Made by a program: the position numbers and the translations under genes. From an uncultured candidate division Zixibacteria bacterium (GTDB lineage: Bacteria > Zixibacteria > MSB-5A5 > UBA10806 > 4484-95): DNA of 64,000 nucleotides. The notes beneath the pieces are model-generated. The model was not told the origin of the DNA and made no database searches. It was given only the letters and a program-made list of their open reading frames with translations. How positions within the stretch are numbered: position 1 is the first letter of the stretch; the number at the start of each line of letters is the position of its first letter. This document shows, piece by piece, positions 49,995 to 60,507 of the stretch. The stretch lies in contig CAXXKA010000008.1 of the NCBI GenBank assembly GCA_963668625.2, forward strand, positions 160,001-224,000. Direction: 5' to 3'.

Positions 49995-50024
49995 TGTACG
50001 TCTTCAGAACCTTTTTGACAGATT
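49995..50024 (-). repeat. Right 30-bp inverted repeat bracketing the Liv-like module
   Basis: TGTACGTCTTCAGAACCTTTTTGACAGATT on the + strand. Confidence 0.8.
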
Positions 50025-50062
50025 GGATCAAACTTTTTAAATGATAGATTAGGTATTAGTAC

Positions 50063-51472
50063 ATGAATACTGAACACAAGTTAGACAATCATATAGCTAA
50101 AATCGACGATGAAGTTGTAGCAACTCTATACAGAAGATTAGTAGATTATGTTGCAAGAAAATTACCAGAATCAGAAATTAATTTTAATAGCGAATACACT
50201 TACTTTAAATATAACGGAAAAAGATTCTTAAGATTCTTTGCGCAAAAAAGCAAAATGGCTATAGACGTATTCGGTGATTACTATCAATATCCAAAAACTA
50301 AAACTATTAAACGGGGATCCAAATTTAAAACTGGTGAAATAAATTTTCACATTTATTCAACATCTTCATTTAAAGAGATAACTAAAATAATTGATTGCTC
50401 TTATAACCTTCAGATATCTAAGGAAAACAAAAATAAAAGTGATAAGATTATATTTTTTAATATCGGATGGATGAAATATTATCAAGGATTATCATCAGAT
50501 TTTGACGATGATATCAAGTTTGGCGGAGCTTTTGTAGATAAAAATAGTTTTGGCCACGAAATATACAATTTTCAACCTCATTCAGGAAAGCTATATGGGT
50601 ATGTACAACCTGTATATAAAAAAAGCCATGAAATGGGGACAATCAACATAAATCGACTAAGTGGTGTTAGATCAAACAAAAAAATTAAAGATGTATTAGT
50701 CGTTTTCGTAGCAAAATCACCAATTACAGAATCCAGAAGGATCGTAGGGTGGTATAAAAATGCTACAGTTTATAGAAATTATCAAGAACCTCCTCCAAAT
50801 TCAAACAGGATTTATAATGGTGAAAAAATAGGGTATTATACTGAAGCCAATTTAGCTGACTGTAGACTACTTAAAGATGAACAGCGAGAGAACTCTAATA
50901 TATTGATACCAGCTGGAAAAGGTCAAAAAGGAATGGGGCGTTCTAATGTATGGTATGCCGATAAAGAAACCAATAAGCCGCTAGTGAAAAGCGTTTTAAA
51001 ATTTATTAATAATTATTCAGGAGAGAAAGAAACTGATCTTGAGTATCAAGAAAGAATACTAAAGGCTAAACCATTAAAGTTACCTTCAGGACCTATTTCC
51101 CGCCCAGCTCGATCAGGCGGAATCAATAAACAATGGAAGAAGGATGCTTCAATTGCAAAAGGAGTTCTGAATAAATATAAATTCAAATGTGAAGTTGATA
51201 AAAAGCATATAACATTCATTTCTAAATCGACTAAAAATAACTATGTTGAGGCACATCATTTAATTCCTATGAGTGCGCAGGATGATTTTTATTACAGTTT
51301 AGATGTACCTGGAAATATTATTTCACTATGTCCGATTTGTCATCGCTTAGTACATTTTGCTACGAAAAGTAAAAAACAAAAAATACTTCAATTTCTCTTT
51401 AAAAAAAGGATTGATGAAATCAAGGCGCATGGACTAGAAATAACATATGAAAAATTGACTAGTTATTACTAA
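50063..51472 (+). CDS. Multidomain HNH endonuclease (possible modification-dependent restriction enzyme)
   Basis: C-terminal CE...H.TF...YVEAHHLIP...N..SLCPICHRLVH; central NIGWM..Y.G/GHE.YNF/IVGWYKNA domain; N-terminal DUF5655-like segment. Confidence 0.8.
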   Translation: MNTEHKLDNHIAKIDDEVVATLYRRLVDYVARKLPESEINFNSEYTYFKYNGKRFLRFFAQKSKMAIDVFGDYYQYPKTKTIKRGSKFKTGEINFHIYSTSSFKEITKIIDCSYNLQISKENKNKSDKIIFFNIGWMKYYQGLSSDFDDDIKFGGAFVDKNSFGHEIYNFQPHSGKLYGYVQPVYKKSHEMGTININRLSGVRSNKKIKDVLVVFVAKSPITESRRIVGWYKNATVYRNYQEPPPNSNRIYNGEKIGYYTEANLADCRLLKDEQRENSNILIPAGKGQKGMGRSNVWYADKETNKPLVKSVLKFINNYSGEKETDLEYQERILKAKPLKLPSGPISRPARSGGINKQWKKDASIAKGVLNKYKFKCEVDKKHITFISKSTKNNYVEAHHLIPMSAQDDFYYSLDVPGNIISLCPICHRLVHFATKSKKQKILQFLFKKRIDEIKAHGLEITYEKLTSYY

Positions 51473-51999
51473 CTTGTCAATTGGGTGGATAGTAATGCCG
51501 GATCATATTAAATTAGTTTATTATTCAGCATATAATATCATGGGAATATCACCAAGATAAAGCACCCTGCTAACCAAGCCTATAGCCAGATCTGCTCCTA
51601 TCTCTGTTTCTTATTAAATACCAAAAAGTTATACGTACAAACAAATCAAATGTATTAATAATATGTCAATATTATGCCGTTGATTAATTATAATTAGTCA
51701 TCATATCACAACCCAAATGTTCGGTAAGTAGAAATTCTCTTTTCGACACCAGAGAGCACCAGAAAGCACCACAGATATACCGCTGATGTTACCATATTGT
51801 TGACGCGAATAAAGTTAGGTCTTTATATATTTCCAAAGTTACAGAAATCACAGTGTCTGGTGTTTTCCTTTAAATTTTGTTATTTGATCAAGTTTTTTTA
51901 GAAATAGGTGTATGCCAAATAGGAAATGGGCGATAGCGTTAACCTTAGTTATTATTTATGGATACATCTGCCGAATTTAGTGCAACATAATTAATATAT

Positions 52000-53327
52000 C
52001 ACTACTGTCCCAACGTTAGTTGAATAGTTTCAATTGGTTAGGGATTTCGGTTATAATTTCTTCCGTATCAATATCGCTAAGTCCTTGTTCTATAGGGATT
52101 TTCTCAAACAGGGTAACGCTTAAAATCTGTAGAATTTGATATAAGCTCGCTCTAAGATTTAAACGTTTCTTCACTATCGCTACCAGCACATAGATGCTGA
52201 TTGCTATCCATATCTGAGTCTTGACTGCATTGTCTGATAGCCCGAAAAACTTCTTTATCCTGAGATGGCTTTTAATCCATTTGAAGAACAGTTCCACCTG
52301 CCAACGACAGCGATATAGTTCAGCAATTGTTATTGCCGGTAAATCAAAGTTATTGGTCAGAAAGATAAAGCGTTTGTTCAATATCTGATCAATATAACTT
52401 ATGCGTCTGAGCTTCTCAGGATAATCTAATCCGGCATAATAACCTTTAAGCATAACCGTCTGGTCACTTCTTATTCCGGCTTTTACATTCTTGGGATGAG
52501 AGTAAAGGCGTCTGTAGTTGAAGTTCTTCTTGGCACGAGTTACAAAAAATGCCAGAGATTTGTGAATGCCGTATAGACGAGCATAATCTATATAAGCCTT
52601 GTCCAGAATATAAATCGCGCCGGCTTCCACCATCAGATTATCCAGGATATTTACATCATGAACCTTTCCGGGAGTAACAATTACCATGCTGGGTATATTG
52701 CCGCGCAAATCCAGAAGAGTGTGCATCTTTATAGCTCCCTTCCTTCGCCTGAATTCAGCCCAGGGGAAAAGAGACAAACACAAATCGATGGTAGTCGAAT
52801 CGAGAGCATAAACAGTCTGCTCCAATTCCACTCCGAAAGGCTCGTTAACATACAACCCTCTGGCCGTGCTGATAAGTGTCCTGGTAAAATCCTCATAAAT
52901 GCGATAATCCCTCACCTCATTGGCATGAGCTAGAGTATTGCGTGATACTTTGCCTCTGATACCCATATGATAAAGCTTAACATGAGCCGCCCTCAGGCAA
53001 GCCTCGATATCCCGCAGACTCTCTCGGTAAGTAAGCTGAGCAAAAGCCATGCAAAGATATTGGTCCCAGCAGGAAAAGCTTTTGATCTTGTAATTGCCCC
53101 GGTAACGTCCCACACATTTGAGAAATTCGTATCTCGGGACAAAGTCCATAAGCTGCGATAAAAGAATCTTGCCTGAATGCATCAGCCATCTCCTTCCGAG
53201 TTCCCCCCTCGGAAGTATGGCTAAATCGGCTTTCCAAGTTCAAATCGAAAAATTCTATTTTTTGCTAAAATCCCTTGCCAGTTATCTACTTACAGCAACT
53301 CAAAAACAAAACGTTGGGACAGTAATG
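52000..53327 (-). mobile_element. IS4-family insertion sequence, apparently complete
   Basis: TIRs CACTACTGTCCCAACGTT / AACGTTGGGACAGTAATG; 9-bp TSD TTAATATAT. Confidence 0.92.
52016..53182 (-). CDS. IS4-family DDE transposase
   Basis: ALDSTTIDL, LDKAY and YRCRWQVELFFKWIK (YREK-like) motifs. Confidence 0.95.
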   Translation of the reverse strand: MHSGKILLSQLMDFVPRYEFLKCVGRYRGNYKIKSFSCWDQYLCMAFAQLTYRESLRDIEACLRAAHVKLYHMGIRGKVSRNTLAHANEVRDYRIYEDFTRTLISTARGLYVNEPFGVELEQTVYALDSTTIDLCLSLFPWAEFRRRKGAIKMHTLLDLRGNIPSMVIVTPGKVHDVNILDNLMVEAGAIYILDKAYIDYARLYGIHKSLAFFVTRAKKNFNYRRLYSHPKNVKAGIRSDQTVMLKGYYAGLDYPEKLRRISYIDQILNKRFIFLTNNFDLPAITIAELYRCRWQVELFFKWIKSHLRIKKFFGLSDNAVKTQIWIAISIYVLVAIVKKRLNLRASLYQILQILSVTLFEKIPIEQGLSDIDTEEIITEIPNQLKLFN

Positions 53328-53678
53328 TTAATATATATTATTTAACCCAATACTCTATAAAAAATTTGACTAATCTTTATTCTACTAGCTATAATATTAA
53401 AGATTGGGAATGGAGCGAATATCTTGAGATGTTAACTTATTTTGGTCAGCAATCCCAAAAGGTTTTCGAGAATTTTAGACATTAAGTATTTTATGGATTT
53501 ATTTGCCTGAAATAAAGGCGTGATCTGGAAAGGTGTTTTATAATTAATAGTAGTATATTATTCTCAACAAATTTATTTATGGCAGTATGCCCTAAAATAC
53601 CCCATAAGCAAAATAGCTTAAACTCAAATGTAGATCTATATAGGTTTTCTATAACCAATATAGATGCTGTAGGCTGAA

Positions 53679-54743
53679 ATGCAGAAGAAAGTAATAATTT
53701 TTCAAAGGTGGATTAAAATGATAGAATGTAGAATGTATAGATACTTGCATTTTTATATTTTTATTATATTAATAGCCAGTGCTTTTGTTTGCTTGGCAGG
53801 TGAACGAGAAGAAATAGACTGCTCGAAGAAAGCACTCCGTTGCAACCCAGGGGAAAAAATCGATAATTTGCTATCTTCGCAAATTAGACGCCTCAACGGT
53901 GCGATGAACGCGAACATATTAATAGAATTTTTAGCCTACGACCATTTGAATTATTTCCAAACCCCAGAGTATCTCAATGTCCTGAATGATGAACTAAATA
54001 CACATCCTAATTTTTCAGCTTTTTTGATTGTGCCCCCACCAGAAGAAAAAGCTGAAACTCTAGCAGTTAATCGATTCGTCGAAAAATTACCGATTGGCAA
54101 ACTTCAAGTTATTATTGATACCTTGAATTACGCAAATTTCTTGGGTTTAGAACGCAATTGCTATATGGCTGTGTTAGTTGACTCCGAAGATGTGGTACAA
54201 TTTATTAGTAGTATAACTTTGCACAACAAAACGCTTAGTCAATTGGCTAATACTTACGGAGGAGCTGTATCTAATTTAGATGCGGTGGTTGACACACTCG
54301 ATATACTCTTTGGGGTGGGAAAGATAGTACCTGATCTTGATATGACTGCTTTAAGTAGCATGGATAGGATTAATCTGGCAGATTTTAATGATAAGGAATG
54401 CACGTGCTTTTTATTTAGTGCAGCTTGCAGTAAATGTCAAATACGTTCATTTTTATTCAAGCTCTCTCATCTACAGCCAAAATTAGTAAGTGAGGGAAAT
54501 AGGAAATTGCTTTGCTTAATCGATGGTTCGCTAGAAGAAAACGAATTGGTTGATTATGTTGAATCGTTTGATATCAATGTACCGGTGTTTATAACTTATC
54601 AATTTGATAACGTGCCCAGTAGACACTTTGGCGCTGATGAAGAAGAAACCAATTCTAAAGTTATAAAATGGGATGAGAGAGGCGTTATTTACGATAGCGA
54701 AAATATTGAAGCTTATTTCGAACGTTTGGAAGGAAAACAATAA
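53679..54743 (+). CDS. Exported thioredoxin-fold (TlpA/AhpC-like) protein with CxxC
   Basis: Hydrophobic N-terminus; second half VGKIVPD...INLADF..K...LFSAACSKC; start may be later. Confidence 0.6.
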   Translation: MQKKVIIFQRWIKMIECRMYRYLHFYIFIILIASAFVCLAGEREEIDCSKKALRCNPGEKIDNLLSSQIRRLNGAMNANILIEFLAYDHLNYFQTPEYLNVLNDELNTHPNFSAFLIVPPPEEKAETLAVNRFVEKLPIGKLQVIIDTLNYANFLGLERNCYMAVLVDSEDVVQFISSITLHNKTLSQLANTYGGAVSNLDAVVDTLDILFGVGKIVPDLDMTALSSMDRINLADFNDKECTCFLFSAACSKCQIRSFLFKLSHLQPKLVSEGNRKLLCLIDGSLEENELVDYVESFDINVPVFITYQFDNVPSRHFGADEEETNSKVIKWDERGVIYDSENIEAYFERLEGKQ

Positions 54744-54760
54744 CTAATTAAGGGACTTTT

Positions 54761-55855
54761 ATGTATAGGTACAATACGCTTATAAACGCAATTTTGATTT
54801 CTATGATTTGTATGCCTTGTAGTATCACTCTCGCGGTAGATCGTATTATTCCTGTTGATACTCTTTATTATGATGTAACATTCGGCCAAGGAAAAGATAT
54901 TAGTTTGAATCACCCTGACGCATTTACCGCTTTGCCCGATGGAAGTGTTTTAGTTTCAGATGATGAAGAGAACAGATTAGTACATTTTTCATCTGATGGA
55001 GAATTCCTCGGGACGTTCGGAACATTGGGATCAGGTGAAAACCAATTCTACAATCCCACTGATATCATTTGTAACTCCGAAACAATATTTATCGCAGACC
55101 GAGGCAATCAGAGAATAGCTATGTTGTCTTGTGATTTAAGCTGGAAAGGAGCTATCGATGTGGAAATATACCCTGACGTAATAGCCCTTTCATCGGACAG
55201 TACGATATTTGTTGGTTCCCGATATCAATTACCTGACGGAAATTTACTAATGCAATATGATCTTAAAGGTCATTTATTAGGTTCCTGCGGAACTCCTTTT
55301 GGCACGGAAGAAGATCCATTCGGTTGCAGGACTGCTATTAATATTCTAACGGCATCAATGGTAGGTCAGGATCATTTATTTATGTGCTTTAAGGGATTGG
55401 CTTATTGTAAATGCTGCAAACACGAAGACGAGGAATGGCAAATTAAATATGATATTGATATAGTCAGGACAGCATTTTATGAAAACTATTTTCCTTCAAA
55501 GACTTTATTCAGCATTAGTGGACGAAATAAGGTTGAAGATTTCGTTGATGATTTAAGGGATAAATATAGTATTGATCATGCGGTTAATGTTGTCTTATTT
55601 ATTCAAGATATTATTGGGGTTGACGATCGCATGTTAGCCGTTGTTTTTAACACAATACATGAATATTCGAATTCGGGAGAATTATTAAAGCGATCGATTA
55701 TTCTGGACGGTGATGGCGAGCAGATTTCCTTTGAGCGAATTGCGATGGGACTTAATAACCAATTATTCGTTATGTCAAAATATCATTCATCCAGCTGCTG
55801 GAGGGTTAACTATAATTTTCAACAAAATTACATGGAGGAAAACCATGAAAAGTAA
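54761..55855 (+). CDS. Secreted 6-bladed beta-propeller / NHL-repeat protein
   Basis: Signal peptide; LNHP...VSD...RLVHF..DGEFL..FG..GSG..QF..P and IADRGNQRI NHL repeats. Confidence 0.8.
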   Translation: MYRYNTLINAILISMICMPCSITLAVDRIIPVDTLYYDVTFGQGKDISLNHPDAFTALPDGSVLVSDDEENRLVHFSSDGEFLGTFGTLGSGENQFYNPTDIICNSETIFIADRGNQRIAMLSCDLSWKGAIDVEIYPDVIALSSDSTIFVGSRYQLPDGNLLMQYDLKGHLLGSCGTPFGTEEDPFGCRTAINILTASMVGQDHLFMCFKGLAYCKCCKHEDEEWQIKYDIDIVRTAFYENYFPSKTLFSISGRNKVEDFVDDLRDKYSIDHAVNVVLFIQDIIGVDDRMLAVVFNTIHEYSNSGELLKRSIILDGDGEQISFERIAMGLNNQLFVMSKYHSSSCWRVNYNFQQNYMEENHEK

Positions 55856-56069
55856 TTCCATGACGGTTATTGCCGTCGCTTTGTTACTGGTTCTCGGTAT
55901 GGCCTTTACCGCAATTGCTGACGGAATACCAATGTGCAGTTGCTCTAGGACATGTAGTTCCGGTTGGTCTTTGAGTTGCTCTTTAACTGGACCATGTCCC
56001 TGTGACAGCGGGTGTAAATCTTACGAGGGGGCTTGGTGCACTTGCGGTAATCTGCCAGTTGGTTCCTAA
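55845..56069 (+). CDS. Small secreted Cys-rich peptide (74 aa; 25-aa signal, 49-aa mature part with 9 Cys)
   Basis: GGAGG RBS; AIA|D cleavage site; mature DGIPMCSCSRTCSSGWSLSCSLTGPCPCDSGCKSYEGAWCTCGNLPVGS. Confidence 0.8.
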   Translation: MKSNSMTVIAVALLLVLGMAFTAIADGIPMCSCSRTCSSGWSLSCSLTGPCPCDSGCKSYEGAWCTCGNLPVGS

Positions 56070-56089
56070 TTTCAGCATGAATTAAAATC

Positions 56090-56127
56090 GGGGATCCGGG
56101 GGTGGAATATCCTTTTGCCGGATCCCC
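56090..56127 (+). promoter_or_regulatory. GC-rich stem-loop after the peptide gene (transcript stabiliser or partial terminator)
   Basis: GGGGATCCGG...CCGGATCCCC 10-bp stem. Confidence 0.55.
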
Positions 56128-56167
56128 CTTGAGTGAACTTTTAGTTTAAACGAGGTTAAAATTACTG

Positions 56168-57550
56168 GTGAGAAGAGATAATGGTAATATATCAACGTTA
56201 CTAACAATGACTCTCTGGCGTATTTACCGAAATATTTGGAATCTTAAAATCGCAATGGCTATAATTGCCTCGATAGCTCTCGGTATAGGGCACGGATATT
56301 TAGATGGGCTTCGGTTTTCTCAGGTTAGAAATGAGTATGTCAATCTCCAGAAATCAAATGAAGCCAATTTTGAAAAAGCTGCGACTTATTCGCAAATACT
56401 GCCATCAGTAGTAGCCCGGCCTAACCCAAATAGCATAATATGTGGTAATGCAAGAGATCTTGTGGTCGGAGCAGCTGTTTTACGTGGGATATTAGGGCAA
56501 CCTATTTTTTATAATCCCTATACTTTAGATAATCCCTACCTTTATTTTGCCGTTTCAGGAGGATTCGGAGGCTCAATATTGCTTTTACATGCGCTTTTTG
56601 CGCTTGCGTTAACTTACAACTCCGTATCCACTGATACCAGAATTAGTGCAGTTCGTCTCCTTTTTTCATTTGGAATTAGCCGTCTTGCTTATCTTTTTGC
56701 CGAGTGGCTTGCGGCTGTAGTCACCATGTTAATCCCCCTGGTTATAGGATTAATCGTGTTTATAGTTGCCGCTGGTACGGCTGGCGCTGAAATCAAGATA
56801 TTCTCAACTCCAATAGTAGGACTGATATTGTTATCTTTGTGTATTACATCAGCATACGCGTGGTTAGGGTTATGGTTATCGGCAAGCATGAAATCGTCTC
56901 ATTCCGCCCTTACCCTTGCTGTCGTGATCTGGGCTTGTACTACCTGGTTACTACCTTCGTTAGCATCCGAAACCGCTCGCTTAATTCAACCAATAAACAA
57001 TGATATAAATGCTAAACTTGAAGGGCCTTCATTTCAAGATTCCATCATTGTGGCTTCCTTGCCAACAAAACCCTCAGAAGGTGTTGACAACTGGACTGCA
57101 AGTAGTGTACAATTTACGATTGAGGGATATTATAGCAAGCAATCACTGAATATACAACAGAGAAATATGCTAACGGAACAATTCAAGGTATATGAGATAC
57201 TGTGCATCTCTTCTCCAATTGCATATTCGCAACTTTCATTAGCATCGATTTGTGAAGCGGGAGAAAATGGCGCTAGGGACTTTATTAAATATTGTCTCTT
57301 ACAAAATGATTTTTTGTATCAATGGCAGCGTGAGCATATTAAACGTGACCCGCAAAGATTTTTCGTAAAGACGGGTACTGACGATCCCTTGGATCTAAAT
57401 GGCTTGGAGAATATTCAACATTACGCTTCAACCAGTTCACCTGTAAGAACGTTTGTTGTCTCGTTTTTGCCTTTAATAATATGGAATACCATATTAGCTA
57501 TTGGATCTATAATTTCTTTCAATAAAAAATCACTGGTGCAGACTCAATGA
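56168..57550 (+). CDS. ABC-2-like permease subunit 1
   Basis: Multi-TM with large extracytoplasmic loops; YNSVS...RLLFS..ISR..YL motif. Confidence 0.75.
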   Translation: MRRDNGNISTLLTMTLWRIYRNIWNLKIAMAIIASIALGIGHGYLDGLRFSQVRNEYVNLQKSNEANFEKAATYSQILPSVVARPNPNSIICGNARDLVVGAAVLRGILGQPIFYNPYTLDNPYLYFAVSGGFGGSILLLHALFALALTYNSVSTDTRISAVRLLFSFGISRLAYLFAEWLAAVVTMLIPLVIGLIVFIVAAGTAGAEIKIFSTPIVGLILLSLCITSAYAWLGLWLSASMKSSHSALTLAVVIWACTTWLLPSLASETARLIQPINNDINAKLEGPSFQDSIIVASLPTKPSEGVDNWTASSVQFTIEGYYSKQSLNIQQRNMLTEQFKVYEILCISSPIAYSQLSLASICEAGENGARDFIKYCLLQNDFLYQWQREHIKRDPQRFFVKTGTDDPLDLNGLENIQHYASTSSPVRTFVVSFLPLIIWNTILAIGSIISFNKKSLVQTQ

Positions 57551-58992
57551 TTAGCATTATTGCCTGGCATAGTTTTCGCGGAAAAAAAGCGACTGGATTA
57601 TTCAAGTATTATATTTTGGGCCTTTTTCTGCTATTCCTTGTTTGTTCTATTAGTTTTATATTTGATATTTGGAGAAACCAAAAGGAGTATAATCAAAATT
57701 TACTGAAACTAAGAAGCAAATCAACACTGGAACGTACCTATGCCATATTACCGATGAGTACCTTAGCTTTTATTTCAGCTTCAAATGATGCGATTTTACC
57801 ATCTTGGCTAGAAGTATTACCCTATGAGGTCGTCGACAATGGTGGAAAATCCGAACCTGGCAGTTATTTGATTAGTGGAGGATCGATAGACTGGTGTTTC
57901 ATAATAGGCATTTGGTCAAGCCTGGCGGCAATTCTTTTTTCATCAAATTCCGTGTCTAACCGTAGAACAAGCAGAATATTGCGTCTCTATTGGTCATATC
58001 CGATATCAAGAGGTCAGTATTTCTGGGGGAATTTTGCGGGCCAATTTTTTTCAGCATATTTGCCGCTACTTATTTTTGCGAGTTTGAGCCTGTTGGTTAA
58101 CATGGTTTTTCTCATGGTTGGAGGTATTCAATTTAATATTATAGATTCGGTTTTAAAGGCAATAATAGTAATAATTTCTGCTATACCATACTTGGGTTTT
58201 TTTATACTAGTTGGTTGGCTTACCTCATTGTTATGGGAATCAAAGTCGGCCTCGATTTTAGGTAGTTTAACGATCTGGGTAATACTTGTATGGATGTGGC
58301 CGATTTTGGGAATGATGATAGGAGGTTTTGTACAACCTCTTGAACATTATGAAGATGCAAAACTTAAGTGGAGTAAAATCGAAAATGAATCTCTAGGATC
58401 GCTTTCAACTCGGCCTTTAATGAAGATTGTTGACAGCTATGCAAATAGTAATGAGAAACTAAAACAAATAAAGTTACTTGAAACTGATATAGAGCGAGAG
58501 GCAGAGGCTGAAATCCAGCGAGCCGATGATAAAGCTCGATCTATACGTAAAAATTATTATTTTAAAAGAAAAAGCCAAACTGAGGCAGCGATATCATTGA
58601 TTATTATCTCGCCGTATGGTCTATGGAAGAATATGGTTGATATTCTCGTTCCAGCGAATTTTAATCGTTACCACGAGTTTGCCAGACAGGCTAATGAATA
58701 TTCCAGGGAGTTTGGCATTTTTTCGGATGATTTTAAAAAACAGGTTATCAACAAAGCTCAATACACCACTATTGCTAGCACTTCATATAGAGGATATACT
58801 ATGGAATACCGAGCTAAGCCTGTCTTTAATCATATTGTTTTACCAGAGTCTGCCCCCAAATATTTCTGGATTACACCATCTCTAGTAAGTCTGTTACATA
58901 TCTGGTCTATAAGGTTTGGGTTCATGTGTGCATATTTCTTGACGATATATATATTTATAATGCTGTTATTTCGAAAATGCAGTTTGGCTTGA
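57547..58992 (+). CDS. ABC-2-like permease subunit 2
   Basis: Paralogous layout; IDW.FI, LRLYWSYPISR and ISPYG motifs; ATGA overlap with the previous gene. Confidence 0.75.
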   Translation: MISIIAWHSFRGKKATGLFKYYILGLFLLFLVCSISFIFDIWRNQKEYNQNLLKLRSKSTLERTYAILPMSTLAFISASNDAILPSWLEVLPYEVVDNGGKSEPGSYLISGGSIDWCFIIGIWSSLAAILFSSNSVSNRRTSRILRLYWSYPISRGQYFWGNFAGQFFSAYLPLLIFASLSLLVNMVFLMVGGIQFNIIDSVLKAIIVIISAIPYLGFFILVGWLTSLLWESKSASILGSLTIWVILVWMWPILGMMIGGFVQPLEHYEDAKLKWSKIENESLGSLSTRPLMKIVDSYANSNEKLKQIKLLETDIEREAEAEIQRADDKARSIRKNYYFKRKSQTEAAISLIIISPYGLWKNMVDILVPANFNRYHEFARQANEYSREFGIFSDDFKKQVINKAQYTTIASTSYRGYTMEYRAKPVFNHIVLPESAPKYFWITPSLVSLLHIWSIRFGFMCAYFLTIYIFIMLLFRKCSLA

Positions 58993-59001
58993 CGAGGTAC
59001 T

Positions 59002-60498
59002 ATGGTTAAGGGATTTTGGAAAGAGAAATTTAGCAAGATAGCAGTGATAAAGCCCAAATACAGTTATTTTACAGCTATATGTTTTATAGCTTTATATTGG
59101 ATTATCTTATGGGGAAGTTCTATAGCGCAGATAATTTATAATCCTAATGATGAAAGGTTTCGGCAATTAGCACTGGAAAAATGCGTCTGGACCTATCGTG
59201 AAAATCGCGATGTTTACAATCGAGCAATCAGATTAAAAGATAAAGATTTGATTTCGGATGCGGAGTATATATCTATTGAGCGAGAATATAAAATCGCCGA
59301 AATCGAACTTAAACAGGCGCTGCTGGCTCTAACTCAGGAAGCACCTCATATTGCAGTTGAGCGGGCTATTACTCACCGCGATTCTGCCGGCCGGATAACA
59401 ATAGAGATTGTCTTAAAAAATTTAAGCCAGGTCTCGGAATCCATTGAAATAGATTCGTTATTTTCCGAAATTGCCGGAGATATTTCGATAAATGATATTT
59501 CTACCTTGAGAAATGTATTTGTTTCTTTAAAAGACAATGGGGTAATTATTGCTTTACCATATGAGCGCAGAATTGATATTCTATATCCAGGTGATTCCGT
59601 TAGTCTTGAGTTCGAACTTCTAAGGGATTTAGAACAGGTTGAGGTATACGCCCAGTACTCAGGCAAAATGGAAACGAAACAAATACTCATCCAGAAAGGT
59701 ACCGGCACGGCGGCGCTCCAAATAAGTTCATCACCTATGGCCCAAGAAGCTGCATATGCTTCAACTGCCTCGTATCTTATGCAATTTGATAGGGGAACAG
59801 ATGAAGCGATAGGGTATGACCTTCGTATTGAAGGTTTGCCAGAGTTGTTTCAGGCGAATTTCATCGATGTCGCGACTCAAGCTAGGGTATCGAAACTCAT
59901 CTTTAGCCCTGCAAGTTTAAGCCATCAGCTTACGTTGGAAGTTCACTTGCCGGATCGTAAAACCGAAACGGGACCAGCTGCCGATTCGTTGCTCCGTTTT
60001 ACTGTGGCGGCAGTATCAACTATCGATGAAAACAGGCAAAGCCGCATCGAATTAGAATTGGTACCTATAGGAATAGGCGAAATTACTTTGCGTGCTGATA
60101 ACTGGCAATATAACGGGACTATTAAACAACCTCCAATCTTGAACATTGTAGCTCGTAATACAGGTTCTGTTGAGCTTAAGGATATTCGTTGGGATGTAGA
60201 CATGCCGGCGGGGTGGCAGGCAGATATCAAGCCGCCCAATATCGAAATACTGAAACCGGGTGATGAAGTTATATCTCAGATTTCTATCATTCTTCCTCCC
60301 GATGAGTTTCAAGGAGATTATGAAATTAATATTCGAGCCTTTACTATATATGCCGGTCGCCATATCGACAGTGGCAGGAAAACATTTCGTATAGAATTGC
60401 ATTCCACAAGTAATAGGGTAATTATTTGGGTTATACTATTGGGGATAATAATTATATCAGCCGCTGCTTGGTTAGGCATTCGGATTAATAAAAGGTAA
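59002..60498 (+). CDS. NEW3/Ig-like domain membrane-anchored protein with N-terminal alpha-hairpin
   Basis: RNTGS.EL.DI...DMPAGW...I..L.PG...PPD..QGDY (NEW3-like); C-terminal TM plus basic tail. Confidence 0.7.
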   Translation: MVKGFWKEKFSKIAVIKPKYSYFTAICFIALYWIILWGSSIAQIIYNPNDERFRQLALEKCVWTYRENRDVYNRAIRLKDKDLISDAEYISIEREYKIAEIELKQALLALTQEAPHIAVERAITHRDSAGRITIEIVLKNLSQVSESIEIDSLFSEIAGDISINDISTLRNVFVSLKDNGVIIALPYERRIDILYPGDSVSLEFELLRDLEQVEVYAQYSGKMETKQILIQKGTGTAALQISSSPMAQEAAYASTASYLMQFDRGTDEAIGYDLRIEGLPELFQANFIDVATQARVSKLIFSPASLSHQLTLEVHLPDRKTETGPAADSLLRFTVAAVSTIDENRQSRIELELVPIGIGEITLRADNWQYNGTIKQPPILNIVARNTGSVELKDIRWDVDMPAGWQADIKPPNIEILKPGDEVISQISIILPPDEFQGDYEINIRAFTIYAGRHIDSGRKTFRIELHSTSNRVIIWVILLGIIIISAAAWLGIRINKR

Positions 60499-60507
60499 GA
60501 GGTATAT

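Noticed and set aside
55710-55844. N-terminal extension of the 119-aa ORF
   Set aside because: It overlaps the propeller gene; the GGAGG RBS and signal peptide point to the start at 55845
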